A DNA stretch of 63,258 bases, the filler included, from Octopus bimaculoides (lineage: Eukaryota), in assembly GCF_001194135.2 (NCBI RefSeq). It is 5 parts of 5 records of this genome, joined end to end, with 100 filler letters (N's around TTAATTAATTAA, not from the genome) between each part and the next. Parts side by side here need not be neighbours in the genome. Positions count along the whole stretch, not along the records: positions 1 to 27,560 come from NC_069007.1; positions 27,661 to 31,480 come from NC_068999.1; positions 31,581 to 55,736 come from NC_068992.1; 2 more parts are not named here. One strand, 5' to 3'. Each line of letters starts with the position of its first letter. Within the stretch, counting starts at the first letter, position 1. A model generated the notes under the pieces. That model worked only from the letters and a program-made list of their open reading frames with translations, was not told where the DNA came from and did not search any database. The translations under genes were made by a program, and so were the position numbers. Below, in pieces: positions 25,032 through 37,153 of this stretch.

Positions 25032-26830
25032 GTCATATCATTCTGTCTTTAAAATAAAGGAGGAAGGTTTGGTTAAAAAAAGTTGTTGTTGTTTAGCCCT
25101 GAATCAGCCTGATCAAGAAGATCTATGATCAACAACATTCCAAAAATGACCATTCTTCTTTCATTTAGTCATAGTATATCTAGCATTGTGAAGGTGCATG
25201 GCCTAGTGGTTACGCTGCTGCACTCATGACAGCTAGACTGGGGGTTCGATTCCCAAACCAGGTGGTGCATTGTGTTCTTCAGCAAAATACTTCATTTCAC
25301 ATTACTCCAGTACCCCCTTTCTGTGGTGAATGATGGCCAGCAGGATGGTGTCATTCAGAATCTAAAATGATGCAAAGCGCATTGTGACCAGTGATGTATA
25401 ACAACATCAGAGAGTTTTGTTGGTCATGTGGTCATGTCATATGTAGCACAATAGTTTTTAACGAGTACGTTTTTCAGAAGAAAGGGTATAGTTTGAAGAA
25501 GACTTGACTGCTATTTCTAGCCAGCAGAACGCCCCCTCCAGATCAGATAATGTTGTTCAGTGACATCTGTATGCCAGGAAAAAAGGACAACCTTAGCACT
25601 TGACATATACTTAATTTTTGTGACCCCATAAGGGTGGAAAGCAAAGTTGAAATTGACAGGAATTCAACATAGCCTGCAAAAGAATATGACAATATACCCC
25701 AAAGTATCGTCCTTGTCATTGTACCTGCTCTCCTGCGGCACCAGTCACAGATAACCTGCCCACTATTCATTACTAAAAACAAAGGCAATATGGAAATCTT
25801 TGTGATGGACTTGACTGACAGCCAGATCTATTCTAAATGTGATAACAGGTATTGAACATTACTCCGCAGGCCATAATGCACAGAAAACAAACAATTACAT
25901 GTTGAAAGATTTCATTGCTTTGCAGGCACAGGTGTAGCTGTGTGGTAAGAAGCTTGCTTTCTAACCACATGGTTCGAGGTTCAGTCCCACTACATGGCAT
26001 CTTGGGCAAGTGTCTTTTACTGTAGCCTTGGGCTGATCAAAATCTTGCGAGTGGATTTGGTAGATGGAAACTGAAAGAAGCTTGTTGTATATAGATGTGT
26101 GTGTGTGCGTGTGTGTGTGTGTGTGTGTATATCTGTTGACTGCTTGACAAAGCCTTGTGAGTGGATTTGGTAGGCAGAATTGATTGTACGTGGATGGATG
26201 TCCACACTCAGAAGTCAGTACAAGTGTATGCGTGTATGTGTGCATATGCATGCTTGTGTGTATGTATGTATGTGCATGTGTGCATACATGAGTTTATACC
26301 AGCGTGTGTGTGTGCATGAGTCTACTTCAATCTACATAAGTGCGGATGTGTCTATGTGTGTGTGTGTGTGTGTGTGTCTATATGAGTCTGTGTGAATGTG
26401 TGATTGTGTGTATATGTGTGGATGTCTGCACATGTGAGTCTGCACAAGTGTGCATATGTGTGTGTGTTTGTTTGTCTCCATCTGAAGAAAGTGAGGAAGA
26501 GAAGACAATAAAGAAGGAAGAAAGGAAGAAAGAAAGAAAGAAAAAGAAGGAAAGGAAGAAAGAAAGAAAGAAAGACGCCAAGAATGCAACTAAATATAAA
26601 AGAAAGAAAAATATCAAACCTCATTCACTGAGAAAGAAAGACAAGAAAGAAAGAAAGAAAGAAAGAATGGTTAGGAATGAAAGGAAATAAGAAATATTTT
26701 GTAAATACTGGAATCCTTAGAAATTGGTTAAAATACTTGATACAGTAAATTGTTGATGGTATTGCAGTTTTAGCCTAGGTTACCATGGAAACTGGTTAAC
26801 ATTCTCTGTAAATATATCTACCTATTTGCC

Positions 26831-26863
<33 letters not shown>

Positions 26864-26970
26864 NNNNNNNNNNAATTACACAAAAATGAAAATAACATTG
26901 ACATCTCATTTTTTAACAGAGATATTTACCAAAATTACATGAAAATATCTCGAAATATTAAAGAGTAAAT

Positions 26971-27423
26971 TTGTTCAATAAAATCACCAATGGCTTCAAC
27001 CACGGCCTCCAGACAACTTCAGAATCTCCTGCAACAATTCTGGATAGTCTCCTTGTTTAAGGTGGTGAATGCTGCCATAATCATTGCTTTCAATTCATAT
27101 TTGATGTTACAAGGAGTTTTGTTGATCTCTCATTCAACTGCACCCCACACATAATAATCAAGGGGGTTGCAGTCTAGGGAATTAGGTGGTTAGATGTTAG
27201 GGGTGATGTGGTTACAGAAATTGTCTGACAGCCATGACTGGGTTCTCCTGCTTGTGTGGCAGGGTACAGAGTCCTGTTGCCAGACATAGGGTCTTCCAGC
27301 AGCCACCCTCTTGACTCAGGGCATCACTACCTCCTCCAAGCACTTGATATAGGCCACCACGTTGAGTCTGAGGCAATGTAGGAAAATGAATGGGGGTATA
27401 ACATCGCCATCACTAGTGATCAC
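26971..27423 (-). mobile_element. Tc1/mariner-superfamily transposase C-terminus with DD37D spacing (maT-like), pseudogenised
   Basis: A single frame with four stops: VITSDGDVIPPFIF...YIKCLEEVVMP*...PYVWQQDSVPCHTSRRTQSWL...I*PPNSLDCNPLDYYVWG...CLEAVVEAIGDFIE. There are 37 residues between QQD and the D of PLDY. Confidence 0.9.
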
Positions 27424-27508
27424 TCTGAAGGCTTACAAAGAATAAGTCCTGGGGTTGATTTCTTTGACTAAAACACCTTATATGCTTATATTTGTAATGT
27501 GTGTGTGT

Positions 27509-27560
<52 letters not shown>

Positions 27561-27604
27561 NNNNNNNNNNNNNNNNNNNNNNNNNNNNNNNNNNNNNNNN
27601 NNNN

Positions 27605-27616
27605 TTAATTAATTAA
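27605..27616. other. Assembly spacer TTAATTAATTAA inside a 100-nt gap (artefact)
   Basis: An identical 12-mer sits in the middle of 100-nt N gaps at 27605, 31525, 55781 and 59493. Confidence 0.9.
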
Positions 27617-27660
27617 NNNNNNNNNNNNNNNNNNNNNNNNNNNNNNNNNNNNNNNNNNNN

Positions 27661-27718
<58 letters not shown>

Positions 27719-28781
27719 TCAAGAATGAGGGCAGAGACAGGTGTGCTGTTTTAAAGGAGATACATGGTTACCCAGCCAGAGGAAAGAGCAAGAGATAGAG
27801 AGAGAGTGGAAAACAGCAAGAGTGCAAGAGAGAGGAGGAGAGAGACGGTGACAAAGTGTCAGGGCATATCACATGCAACAGTGATCAGAACATAGATGGG
27901 ATGGTAGAGTAAAGGAAGAGAGAAGAATAAGCAATCATCATATGAACTTTACATAGATTTTTTGGAGCCTCAAACCTGAAGTGCAATATATTTGGGGAAA
28001 ACAATTATATTTATGCATATATACAGGAAAGCATTACCAATGAGAAAACATGTATGTGGGAAATAAAATTAAGGAGCTCCTCCTCTCGTAATAAATAGTT
28101 GTAAAGAAGTTTTTTCTAAATGCTACCTACTGGAAAATTGGATATCTTCATTTGCTGGTTAGGCTTTTGGGGTCTATAAGGGTTGTTTTATCCTCTGGTT
28201 CAGGGGAGACAATCCGTCCTCATTAACGTTTTTATATGTTAAGACTTAAATCTCAATTTCTGAACATTTCCTCACATCTGCGACGTAGAAAGTTTAAATT
28301 TTTTGTCTTTGCATAGAGTCTGACGAGCTGTCCACAAGGCTTTGGCTTTGTGGATACAAAACCTTTGGTAACTCTATGTCCAAAATTTAAATTTTGTAGT
28401 AATAATTATTGCTTTATTCTTTAGATGTGGCAACATTTGGCATATTGTCCAGGTAAATCTAGCTGAAGAAGACTAAGCAAATTCACGATAGCAAACGTAT
28501 TTGAAGAATCCAAAACCTAGGTACTAGATTATCCGATTCTGGGCTGTCTATTTATCTAATGTTCTTCCTAGAGGTAAGATGAAATTTTTTATGTTCGCTA
28601 CCCCCACATGTCTTTGCCAGTATATACACAGTGGAGCTTTACTATAGCGTCATAAATTTATCGACTGCCTTGTTGTACCACTACTCTATATTTATATGTG
28701 TGTGTGTATATATATATATATACACAGACATACAAGCAGACATACACACATATCTATACATACATACACAAACACACAAGT

Positions 28782-28812
<31 letters not shown>

Positions 28813-29663
28813 NNNNNNNNNNNNNNNNNNNNNNNNNNNNNNNNNNNNNNNNNNNNNNNNNNNNNNNNNNNNNNNNNNNNNNNNNNNNNNNNNNNNNNNN
28901 NNNNNNNNNNNNNNNNNNNNNNNNNNNNNNNNNNNNNNNNNNNNNNNNNNNNNNNNNNNNNNNNNNNNNNNNNNNNNNNNNNNNNNNNNNNNNNNNNNNN
29001 NNNNNNNNNNNNNNNNNNNNNNNNNNNNNNNNNNNNNNNNNNNNNNNNNNNNNNNNNTACTATAGCGTCATAAATTTATCGACTGCCTTGTTGTACCACT
29101 ACTCTATATTTATATGTGTGTGTGTATATATATATATATACACACATACAGAGACACACACACACATAGACGTATAAGTATAGACACACAAACATATATA
29201 TATATATAGATATATGCACACACACTCACACACACGTGTATACTACATGCATTCATACACATACTGATATATATTCTTATATTTATACATGTATACACAC
29301 CTACATATATACACACCTATATACAAATTTGTACATACATATATAAAGCTACCAAATCATACATACATAGGTACAGATTTGAGAGAAGTAGACAAATAGA
29401 CATGTACAAATATTAAAGTATATATATATATATGTGTACAAGATTGTCATTGTACTGAATAAAGACTAGTGCTAAATCTATCTTCTGTTTCCTTCCTCAA
29501 TTATTATTATCTCAACTAACACTACGGAATTTCTGACATAGATCCAGAGATCCATAGGAAATATATTCCCACTGTGGATGACACCAGGTAGCCCAAACTG
29601 TGAATATGCTTTACTCAACACACTAATTGACAGATACCCATTAATCCCCAAAACTTACACACA

Positions 29664-29699
<36 letters not shown>

Positions 29700-29716
29700 T
29701 ACATACATACACATGT

Positions 29717-31230
29717 CAAAATAAAGAAAACTGATGTAATATCTGCTATTGATGTAATGGGCTTAAACTCAGCCACAGGTCCTAATAGATTCCCAGCAAT
29801 CCTTCTAAAAGAATACAAATGAGCCCTAGCAAGACCACTGCAGATCCTCTTCCAAAGCTTCCTTGCCATTGTAGACTTCCCAAAATGTTAAAGGGGGGCA
29901 TATTATGTCCTATCCATAAAGGCAGAAGTAGAGCCGATGCTAAAAATTATAGGCCTGTCTAACTTCACATTTTAGTAAAGAAATGGAACAAATTGTAAGG
30001 AGGAAGCTGATCACATTCCTAGACTTGCTTTATGACACCCAACATGGCTTCTGATCAGGAATAAGCTGTTTTACATAGTTTATGAAGCATTATGACTGTG
30101 TGCGACAACATATGACAACATATGACAGCATTATGACAACATATGAATTGCTCAAACAGGGATGTGATATATCTTGATTTTGCAAATGTCTTTGATAAGG
30201 TTGATCATGGGATAACATATCACAAAGTACATGGACTTGGCATAGTTGGAAAACTGGGAAAGTGGTTATATGACTTCTTAAAAGACAGAAAGCCAAGTTG
30301 TAGCAACCAGTGAAGCCCCTTCAAAAGAAGCATTAATTGTGAGTAGTGCACCACAGGGAACTGTCTTGGGCCACTGTTGTATGTGGTGGATCTCTCAAAC
30401 TTACTGTCAGTCGTACTGGCAGTCGCTCTCACCAGCTGTGCTGGTGATACAAAAGTAGTGCGACCAATCTAGGGCCCATTTGATGCTGAAGTAAACAACA
30501 TGCAGTTAAAATGCAAGACAATTCTAATCCCTCCACTATCAGCCAGCTTGTGTCAACAGACTGCATAAAAGATATTTCATACCAGAAGGACCAGCAATCC
30601 CAAAAGCAAACTCAGTGCATGACCTGGAAATTGATATGAAAAGCGATATTTTGTTTCATGTGCATATTACTAAGATGGTGGAAGCATGTAGGTAAATAAC
30701 CCGATAGATTCTGAGAACTTTCAGTACTATGCTGGTCCTTTGGAGGACGTTAGCCCTACACTATTTGGACTACTAATCTCATCTATGGTCACACCATAGA
30801 ATCAAACTAACTACAGAACTTGAAAAAATTCAAAAGTGCTATACCAAGGAGATTGCTTCACTGAGATAGTTGAGCTACTGGGAGAAGTTAAACAAAGGCA
30901 GGAAAGATATGCAATGATATACATACAGAAGATTCTGGAGGGTCTGGAACCAAACTTTGGCATTGAGTGTTATACCAACTCCCAAACAGGATGCCACAGC
31001 ACAGTGCTAAAGGTCTCAATCATCCCGTATAGCCTGGGTTTCAAGGGGTCAGCAGCTCTTTAATCTCTTCAAAAACCATGAGGAATCTATTGGAATGGGG
31101 TAGATAATTTCAAGAACCTTGACCTTCTGCTGTACAAGGTCTCAACTGGGCCCATATTGCACTGAGAAATTCAAATAAGAGCAGCAATATCAAACTGACT
31201 CATACAGTGAAAGCCAACGACATAAGGATG
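29717..31230 (+). mobile_element. CR1/L2-like LINE, decayed reverse transcriptase
   Basis: SATGPNRFPAILLKE..LARPLQILF, IHKGRSRADAKNYRPV, HGF, DVIYLDFANVFDKVDHG, PQGTVLGPLL and ERYAMIYIQKILEGLEPNFGI, across frameshifts. Confidence 0.85.
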
Positions 31231-31299
31231 GCCATGAAAATGGTGGTATCTAGGATGGCAACAGCCTTTATGTTGGAATACATAACAATAAGGATATAT

Positions 31300-31338
<39 letters not shown>

Positions 31339-31753
31339 TGTGTATGTGTTTGTGTTTGTGTTTATGTTTGCCACCACTTGCAAATTATAAATAAGTACCA
31401 GTATTGATTTGTTCAACTAAAAACCTTTGAGGTAGTGCCCAGAATATGGTGTATGTGTGTGTGTATATATATATATGTATNNNNNNNNNNNNNNNNNNNN
31501 NNNNNNNNNNNNNNNNNNNNNNNNTTAATTAATTAANNNNNNNNNNNNNNNNNNNNNNNNNNNNNNNNNNNNNNNNNNNNTTTTGTTTAGAAGAGAACAT
31601 TGTTTTTGTGTTTTTGGGTGCGGTTACAACACAATGGAGATGGATAGATAGAAATATAGGTAGGTAGATAGATAGCTAGATAGATAGATAGATAGATAGA
31701 TGGATGGATGGATGGATGGATGGATGGATGGATGGATGGATAGAATATAGACT

Positions 31754-31790
<37 letters not shown>

Positions 31791-31879
31791 TCAGACAGAT
31801 AGACAGATAGGTAGACAGATAGGTAGAGGAAAAAGGTATCTACCTTTCTATTCACCATTCATTCATTTATTTAATTATT

Positions 31880-33600
31880 TTTTCCTTTGGAATGGGTTTA
31901 AGGATGATGACCACTTTAAAAAAGAAATCCACAAAAGCTTCGAAATACAAATTGCCATAAATAAGCAGAAGAACCTGTATGTAAAAATACTAAGGCCTGC
32001 TGACCTTAAACTAAGACCTTAAATTGCTGGACCTCAAGTGCAAACACAACTAAGTCATTTGTATGACTAAATAAGTCAAAAATGACTTAATAAGTCATTT
32101 TTCAGATATACTCCTAAAACCTTTGTGCTCTTTAATCCCCAGTTATGCATGGGATGGCATAGATATCATCCAACAGATCCCTCCCACTGTCGCAGAAGGT
32201 ACTATTCTCACAAGTTTTGATGTCACCAATCTTTATACTAATATACCGCACACTTTAGGCTTAGAAGCAATCAAACACTGGGCAGAGAAACATAGAGAAC
32301 AGAAAAATGAATGCTTCAAGACTAACTTCATCACTAAGGCCACACGCCTAGTACTAGAGGAAAATACCTTTAGATTCGACAATAAAACATATTGACAGAA
32401 AAGAGCACGGCTATGAGTATGCGGTTTGCACCCTCATATGTAAACTTAGTTATGGGATACTTGGAAGAAAAACTTTATAAGGAAGTAGAGAAAACTTTTG
32501 ATCAAGAATACAAGAAATATATCATTAAAAAGTGGAAAGGCTTCCTTGATGATTGCTTCATCTTCTGGGACAAATGAAGATCTGAATATATTTAACAACA
32601 TACTGAACACACTTCACCCATCCATCAAATTCATGACAGAATCCAGTTGCAATGATCTACCATTCCTGGATATCCACATAAAAATACAGAACTCCACAGT
32701 CATAACAGACATATTTTACAAAAAAAAACCAAAAAAAAACTGAGACACACCAATATTTAAATTTCTATTCTTGACATCCATCACACATCAAAAGACACAT
32801 CCCATACAGCATGGCAAAATGCATCTGTGCTATAGTAACTGACCCCAAAATACGTGAAATCCAACTCAGCGAACTCAAAAAAGCTTCCTCACAATGCAGA
32901 AATATCCCTTAGGATTAATTAATGAGGGAATTAAAAAGGCAATGAAACTGAACATTACCCAACTACGGACACCTAAGGAAAAAGTTGATGAAAACACAAT
33001 TTGGTTCATTAACACACACAGTTCTGGAATAACCAACATCTTTCATGCCATAAAATCGACCATACCTATACTCCTACAAAGTCCCAAAATGAAAACTCTG
33101 ATTGAAAAAAACACCATACAGAATAGCAGACGCCAACCAAAAAATCTTAAAAAACACCTCATAAGGGCAGAATTTAAATCACAGAATGAATCAGAATTCT
33201 TAGTAAAAGAATGTGGAGATAGGCGATGTGGAACATGCAACACTATCAACAACTTCAAATAATTGGAAAGTGGTTCCCACATAAGATTCAAGAGCGGATC
33301 CCTTTTCAAAATAAATGCAGATATGAATTGCAAAACGCAAAACCTCATGTACTGCATTACCTGCCCAAACTGCAAAGAAAAATTATATTGGCAAAACAAA
33401 TAATTCCCTCTGCCAATGTACAAGAGTCCACAAGCAACATATCCAACAAGAAGAATTATGCAAGATTCCATTAAGTAAGCATCTGTAAATATACAAAATT
33501 TTTCTCTTTTACAAATGTGCACAAGACAATCCGCAATACTGAAAAGTAATGGAACTACATTTCATCAAAAATTCTCTCCAATGTTGAATGTTTGAAAGAA
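31880..33600 (+). mobile_element. Penelope-like element (RT, Cys-rich region, GIY-YIG), frameshifted
   Basis: LTSFDVTNLYTNIPH, ENTFRFDNKTY, AM...FAPSYVNLVMGYLEE, FLDDCFIFW, LHPSIKF..E.S...LPFLDI, C..RRCGTC and CKTQNLMYCITCPNCKEKLY. Confidence 0.9.
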
Positions 33601-33727
33601 AAACAGAGACAGTATGTTTTATGTTATACTAATGTTTTCTAACGCAAAATCATGGAATTGAAAGAGGCGTGATCAAAGTTACACAGTATAAACATGGAAA
33701 TATTCTCAACCACACACACACACACAG

Positions 33728-33770
<43 letters not shown>

Positions 33771-33906
33771 TGTACACACATACTTCATCATGGAATCCTC
33801 CCTAAAATTGAATGTTTGAAGGTAAAGAAGGTAAATGTTCAGATATATATGTGTAGCATTGGGATGTTCTAGCTTTACATATATATATGTATGTATGTGT
33901 GTGTGC

Positions 33907-33948
<42 letters not shown>

Positions 33949-33965
33949 AACTAAATTTGTAGACT

Positions 33966-34497
33966 GGCAACGTCTTCATTGAACACTAAACTCAGCTTGC
34001 AAAGACCTGTTGGGGCAAGCGAAAGCAAAATCGTGATGGCACCAGTACCAGTAAATCACTAAGCACCGTCTGAGCGTGTTCATTGCCAGAGCATCAGTTG
34101 TCTGGCTTTCGTGCCGGTGGCACGTAAATAGCACCATTTGAACATGACCATTACCAACGTCGCCTTCCTGGCACCTGTGCCAGTGGCACGTGAAAAGACA
34201 TTCGAGCAAGTTCGTTGCCAGTACCGCTGAACTGGCTCCTGTGCAGGTGGCACGTAAAATACACCATTTCAAGCATGGCCGTTGCCAGTACCTCCTGACT
34301 GACCTTTGTGCCAGTGGCACATAAAAGCACCTACTACACTCTCTGAGTAGTTGGCGTTAGGAAGGGTATCCAGCTGTAGAAACTCTGCCAAATCAGATTG
34401 GAGCCTGGTGTAGCCATCTGGTTCACCAGTCCTCAGTCAAATCGTCCAACCTATGCTAGTATGGAAAGCGGATGTTAAACGATGATGATGATGATGA

Positions 34498-34500
<3 letters not shown>
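33966..34500 (-). mobile_element. Retroposon with four internal GTGCCRGTGGCAC..AAA repeats and a (GAT)n tail
   Basis: GTGC(C/A)(A/G)GTGGCAC(G/A)T blocks at about 34110, 34175, 34240 and 34305; the 3' end is shared with the 15310 family. Confidence 0.7.
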
Positions 34501-34581
<81 letters not shown>

Positions 34582-35022
34582 TCGTTTTCTTTTATTTACT
34601 GATTGATTTTTCAAATTGTTAATTTCCAAAAAATAAAATTGTGTATTTTCATGCAAAACAACACTATCAGAAATTCCCTCCAAAAATGAATGTTTGGTAT
34701 GGGTATATTCTAAATATAACTCAAAGAGGAGAAAAAGAAATGAGGAAAAAGGAAGTAAAAAGGGAAGAAGAAAAGAAGAAAGGGAAAAAGAAGAAAAAGG
34801 GAAGAAAGAAAGAAAAGAAAAAGAAAGGAAAGAAAGCAAAAAGGCTTTCAGTGATGACTGAACCACACCTGATTTTTTTTTAAGTGGTCACCATCCCTAA
34901 ACCCATTCCAATACAATGGTAAAGGAAAAACTGATTAAATAAATGAATGAATGGGAAATAGGAAGGTGGATATCCAATCTCTCTTTTTTTACCTCTACCC
35001 ATCTGTTTATCTGCCTGTTTAT

Positions 35023-35088
<66 letters not shown>

Positions 35089-35349
35089 GTCTATCTATCT
35101 GTCTATCTATCTGTCTGTCTGTCTGTCTATCTCTCCATCTCCATTGTCTTGGAACCTCACCCCCAAAAACAAAAACAATGTTCTCTTCCAAACAAAACCC
35201 CCCTAAAAACATCTGTTTTATATAANNNNNNNNNNNNNNNNNNNNNNNNNNNNNNNNNNNNNNNNNNNNNNNNNNNNNNNNNNNNNNNNNNNNNNNNNNN
35301 NNNNNNNNNNNNNNNNNNNNNNNNNNNNNNNNNNNNNNNNNNNNNNNNN

Positions 35350-35384
<35 letters not shown>

Positions 35385-35390
<6 letters not shown>

Positions 35391-35874
35391 AATTGTTCTG
35401 CCAATAGCAGTCTATGCCCAAGAAACTTGGAAAATAATAGTGAATAACACTCAGAGATTGAATGCATTTCATTAATGGTGTCTACACTCAATGCTCAAGA
35501 TCACTTACAGCGATAGAGTTGCAAAATTTGAAGTCCAAAAGAAAGATGATCTATGCAGCTAAGCAGGAAATTGTGGTGGAAAGAAGAGTGAAACTTGCAG
35601 TTCATGCTATCAAACTGGCAAAAGAATGAATACCCAAGACAGTTATACAGTGAGTACCACCAGAGAGATGATTTTTTTGTTTGATATATATATATTATGG
35701 CCAGGTTTAATCCGGGCTGCAGCAACAAAGTCCACCTGCCCCACTTCTTGGTCCAATATTACAGCCTCAAGGTCCTGGATACATTCCAGGTCAGTCTCTG
35801 CAATCAAGTTGTCAATGTAAGTCTCATGATGTTCTCCTCTTCTTCCAAAAGAAAGATGATCTATGCAGCTAAGC
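35385..35874 (+). mobile_element. RTE LINE fragment with an inverted 3' part and a 31-nt duplication
   Basis: Plus strand: VLPIAVYAQETW...RLNAFH...IVVERRVKLAVH...IPKTV. Minus strand 35695-35843: GRRGEHHETYIDNLIAETDL...DQE. An identical 31-mer occurs at 35534-35564 and 35844-35874. Confidence 0.75.
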
Positions 35875-36540
35875 TCAAAAATAGGATTGTTGGAGATATT
35901 TTGTTGCCCAATGTGCAGGCTAATTTTATGAGAGGAACTGAGACTAAGATGTATGTATACACCCACGCACCCACACATATATTTATAAACTTATAATAGA
36001 TATTGATTTGGTTGCGTGCTAAGTGCAGTCATGTGATTTCAGATTTGGTCTCTCTGTACTACATCATTGGTAAGTTTCTTGTACTACAGCCTCAGAAATG
36101 ATCAAAGCCTTAATTGGATTTCGTAGATAGAAACTGTGAAAAGCCTATCATATATATATGTGTATGTGTGGCTGAGAGTTCATCTCTGTGTGTGACTGTA
36201 TGTGGCAGGGGAGGTGGGGGCTGACTTGTCTTGACACTGCATGAAAGTTAATGCATATCCCGAAGTTGTGTCATTCATTTCCAGTTTTCTATGCAAACAT
36301 GTCCAGCAATGAAACAAGTGTAGTTTGACAAGAGGAAAGGGCATCGAAGTGTAGAGTACCTGTCTCAAGGAGTTCAGATATATACATGCAATCATGAAAA
36401 ATTTAATGTTAAAATAAAGATGACACTGATAAGGATTTATATATATATATACATGTATATGCATATAAACATATATGTATATGTGTGTGTATGTGTATAA
36501 ACATATAAACACATGTCAATGAATATACATATATATATAT

Positions 36541-36575
<35 letters not shown>

Positions 36576-37119
36576 TGTCATTATCATTTAACGTCTGTTG
36601 TCCATGCTGGCATGGGTTGAACAGTTTGACTCTGGCTGACAAGCTGGAAGGCTGCACCAAACTCCAGTCTGATTTGGCTTGGTTTCTACAGCAGGATGCC
36701 CTTTCTAATGCCAATCACTCTGAGAGTGTAATGGGTGCTTTTACGTGCCAGCAGCATGGGTGCCATTTGTGTGGCACCTGTATCTACCACGACTGTGATT
36801 TTGCTCAGCTTGATGGTGCTCTTTCTCGAGCACAACATCTATATATATATACATATNNNNNNNNNNNNNNNNNNNNNNNNNNNNNNNNNNNNNNNNNNNN
36901 NNNNNNNNNNNNNNNNNNNNNNNNNNNNNNNNNNNNNNNNNNNNNNNNNNNNNNNNNNNNNNNNNNNNNNNNNNNNNNNNNNNNNNNNNNNNNNNNNNNN
37001 NNNNNNNNNNNNNNNNAATGAAAGCTAGCATGCCAAAACATTAAAGTCATTGACAACACTATGCTTGTGATAATATATATATAAATTTATATATATATTT
37101 GTAAAAGAATAATATGTCG

Positions 37120-37153
<34 letters not shown>

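Noticed and set aside
25670-25850. ~60-codon open frame PAKEYDNIPQSIVLVIVPALL... ending at AG|gtattg
   Set aside because: Weak splice sites, and the length is within chance expectation across six frames.
27561-27660. Recurring TTAATTAATTAA islands (27605, 31525, 55781, 59493)
   Set aside because: Each is centred in a 100-nt N gap, so it is a scaffolding spacer, not biology.
28641-29145. Identical ~80-bp direct repeat on both sides of a gap
   Set aside because: An exact duplicate at contig ends next to microsatellites; most likely an unmerged overlap or haplotype.
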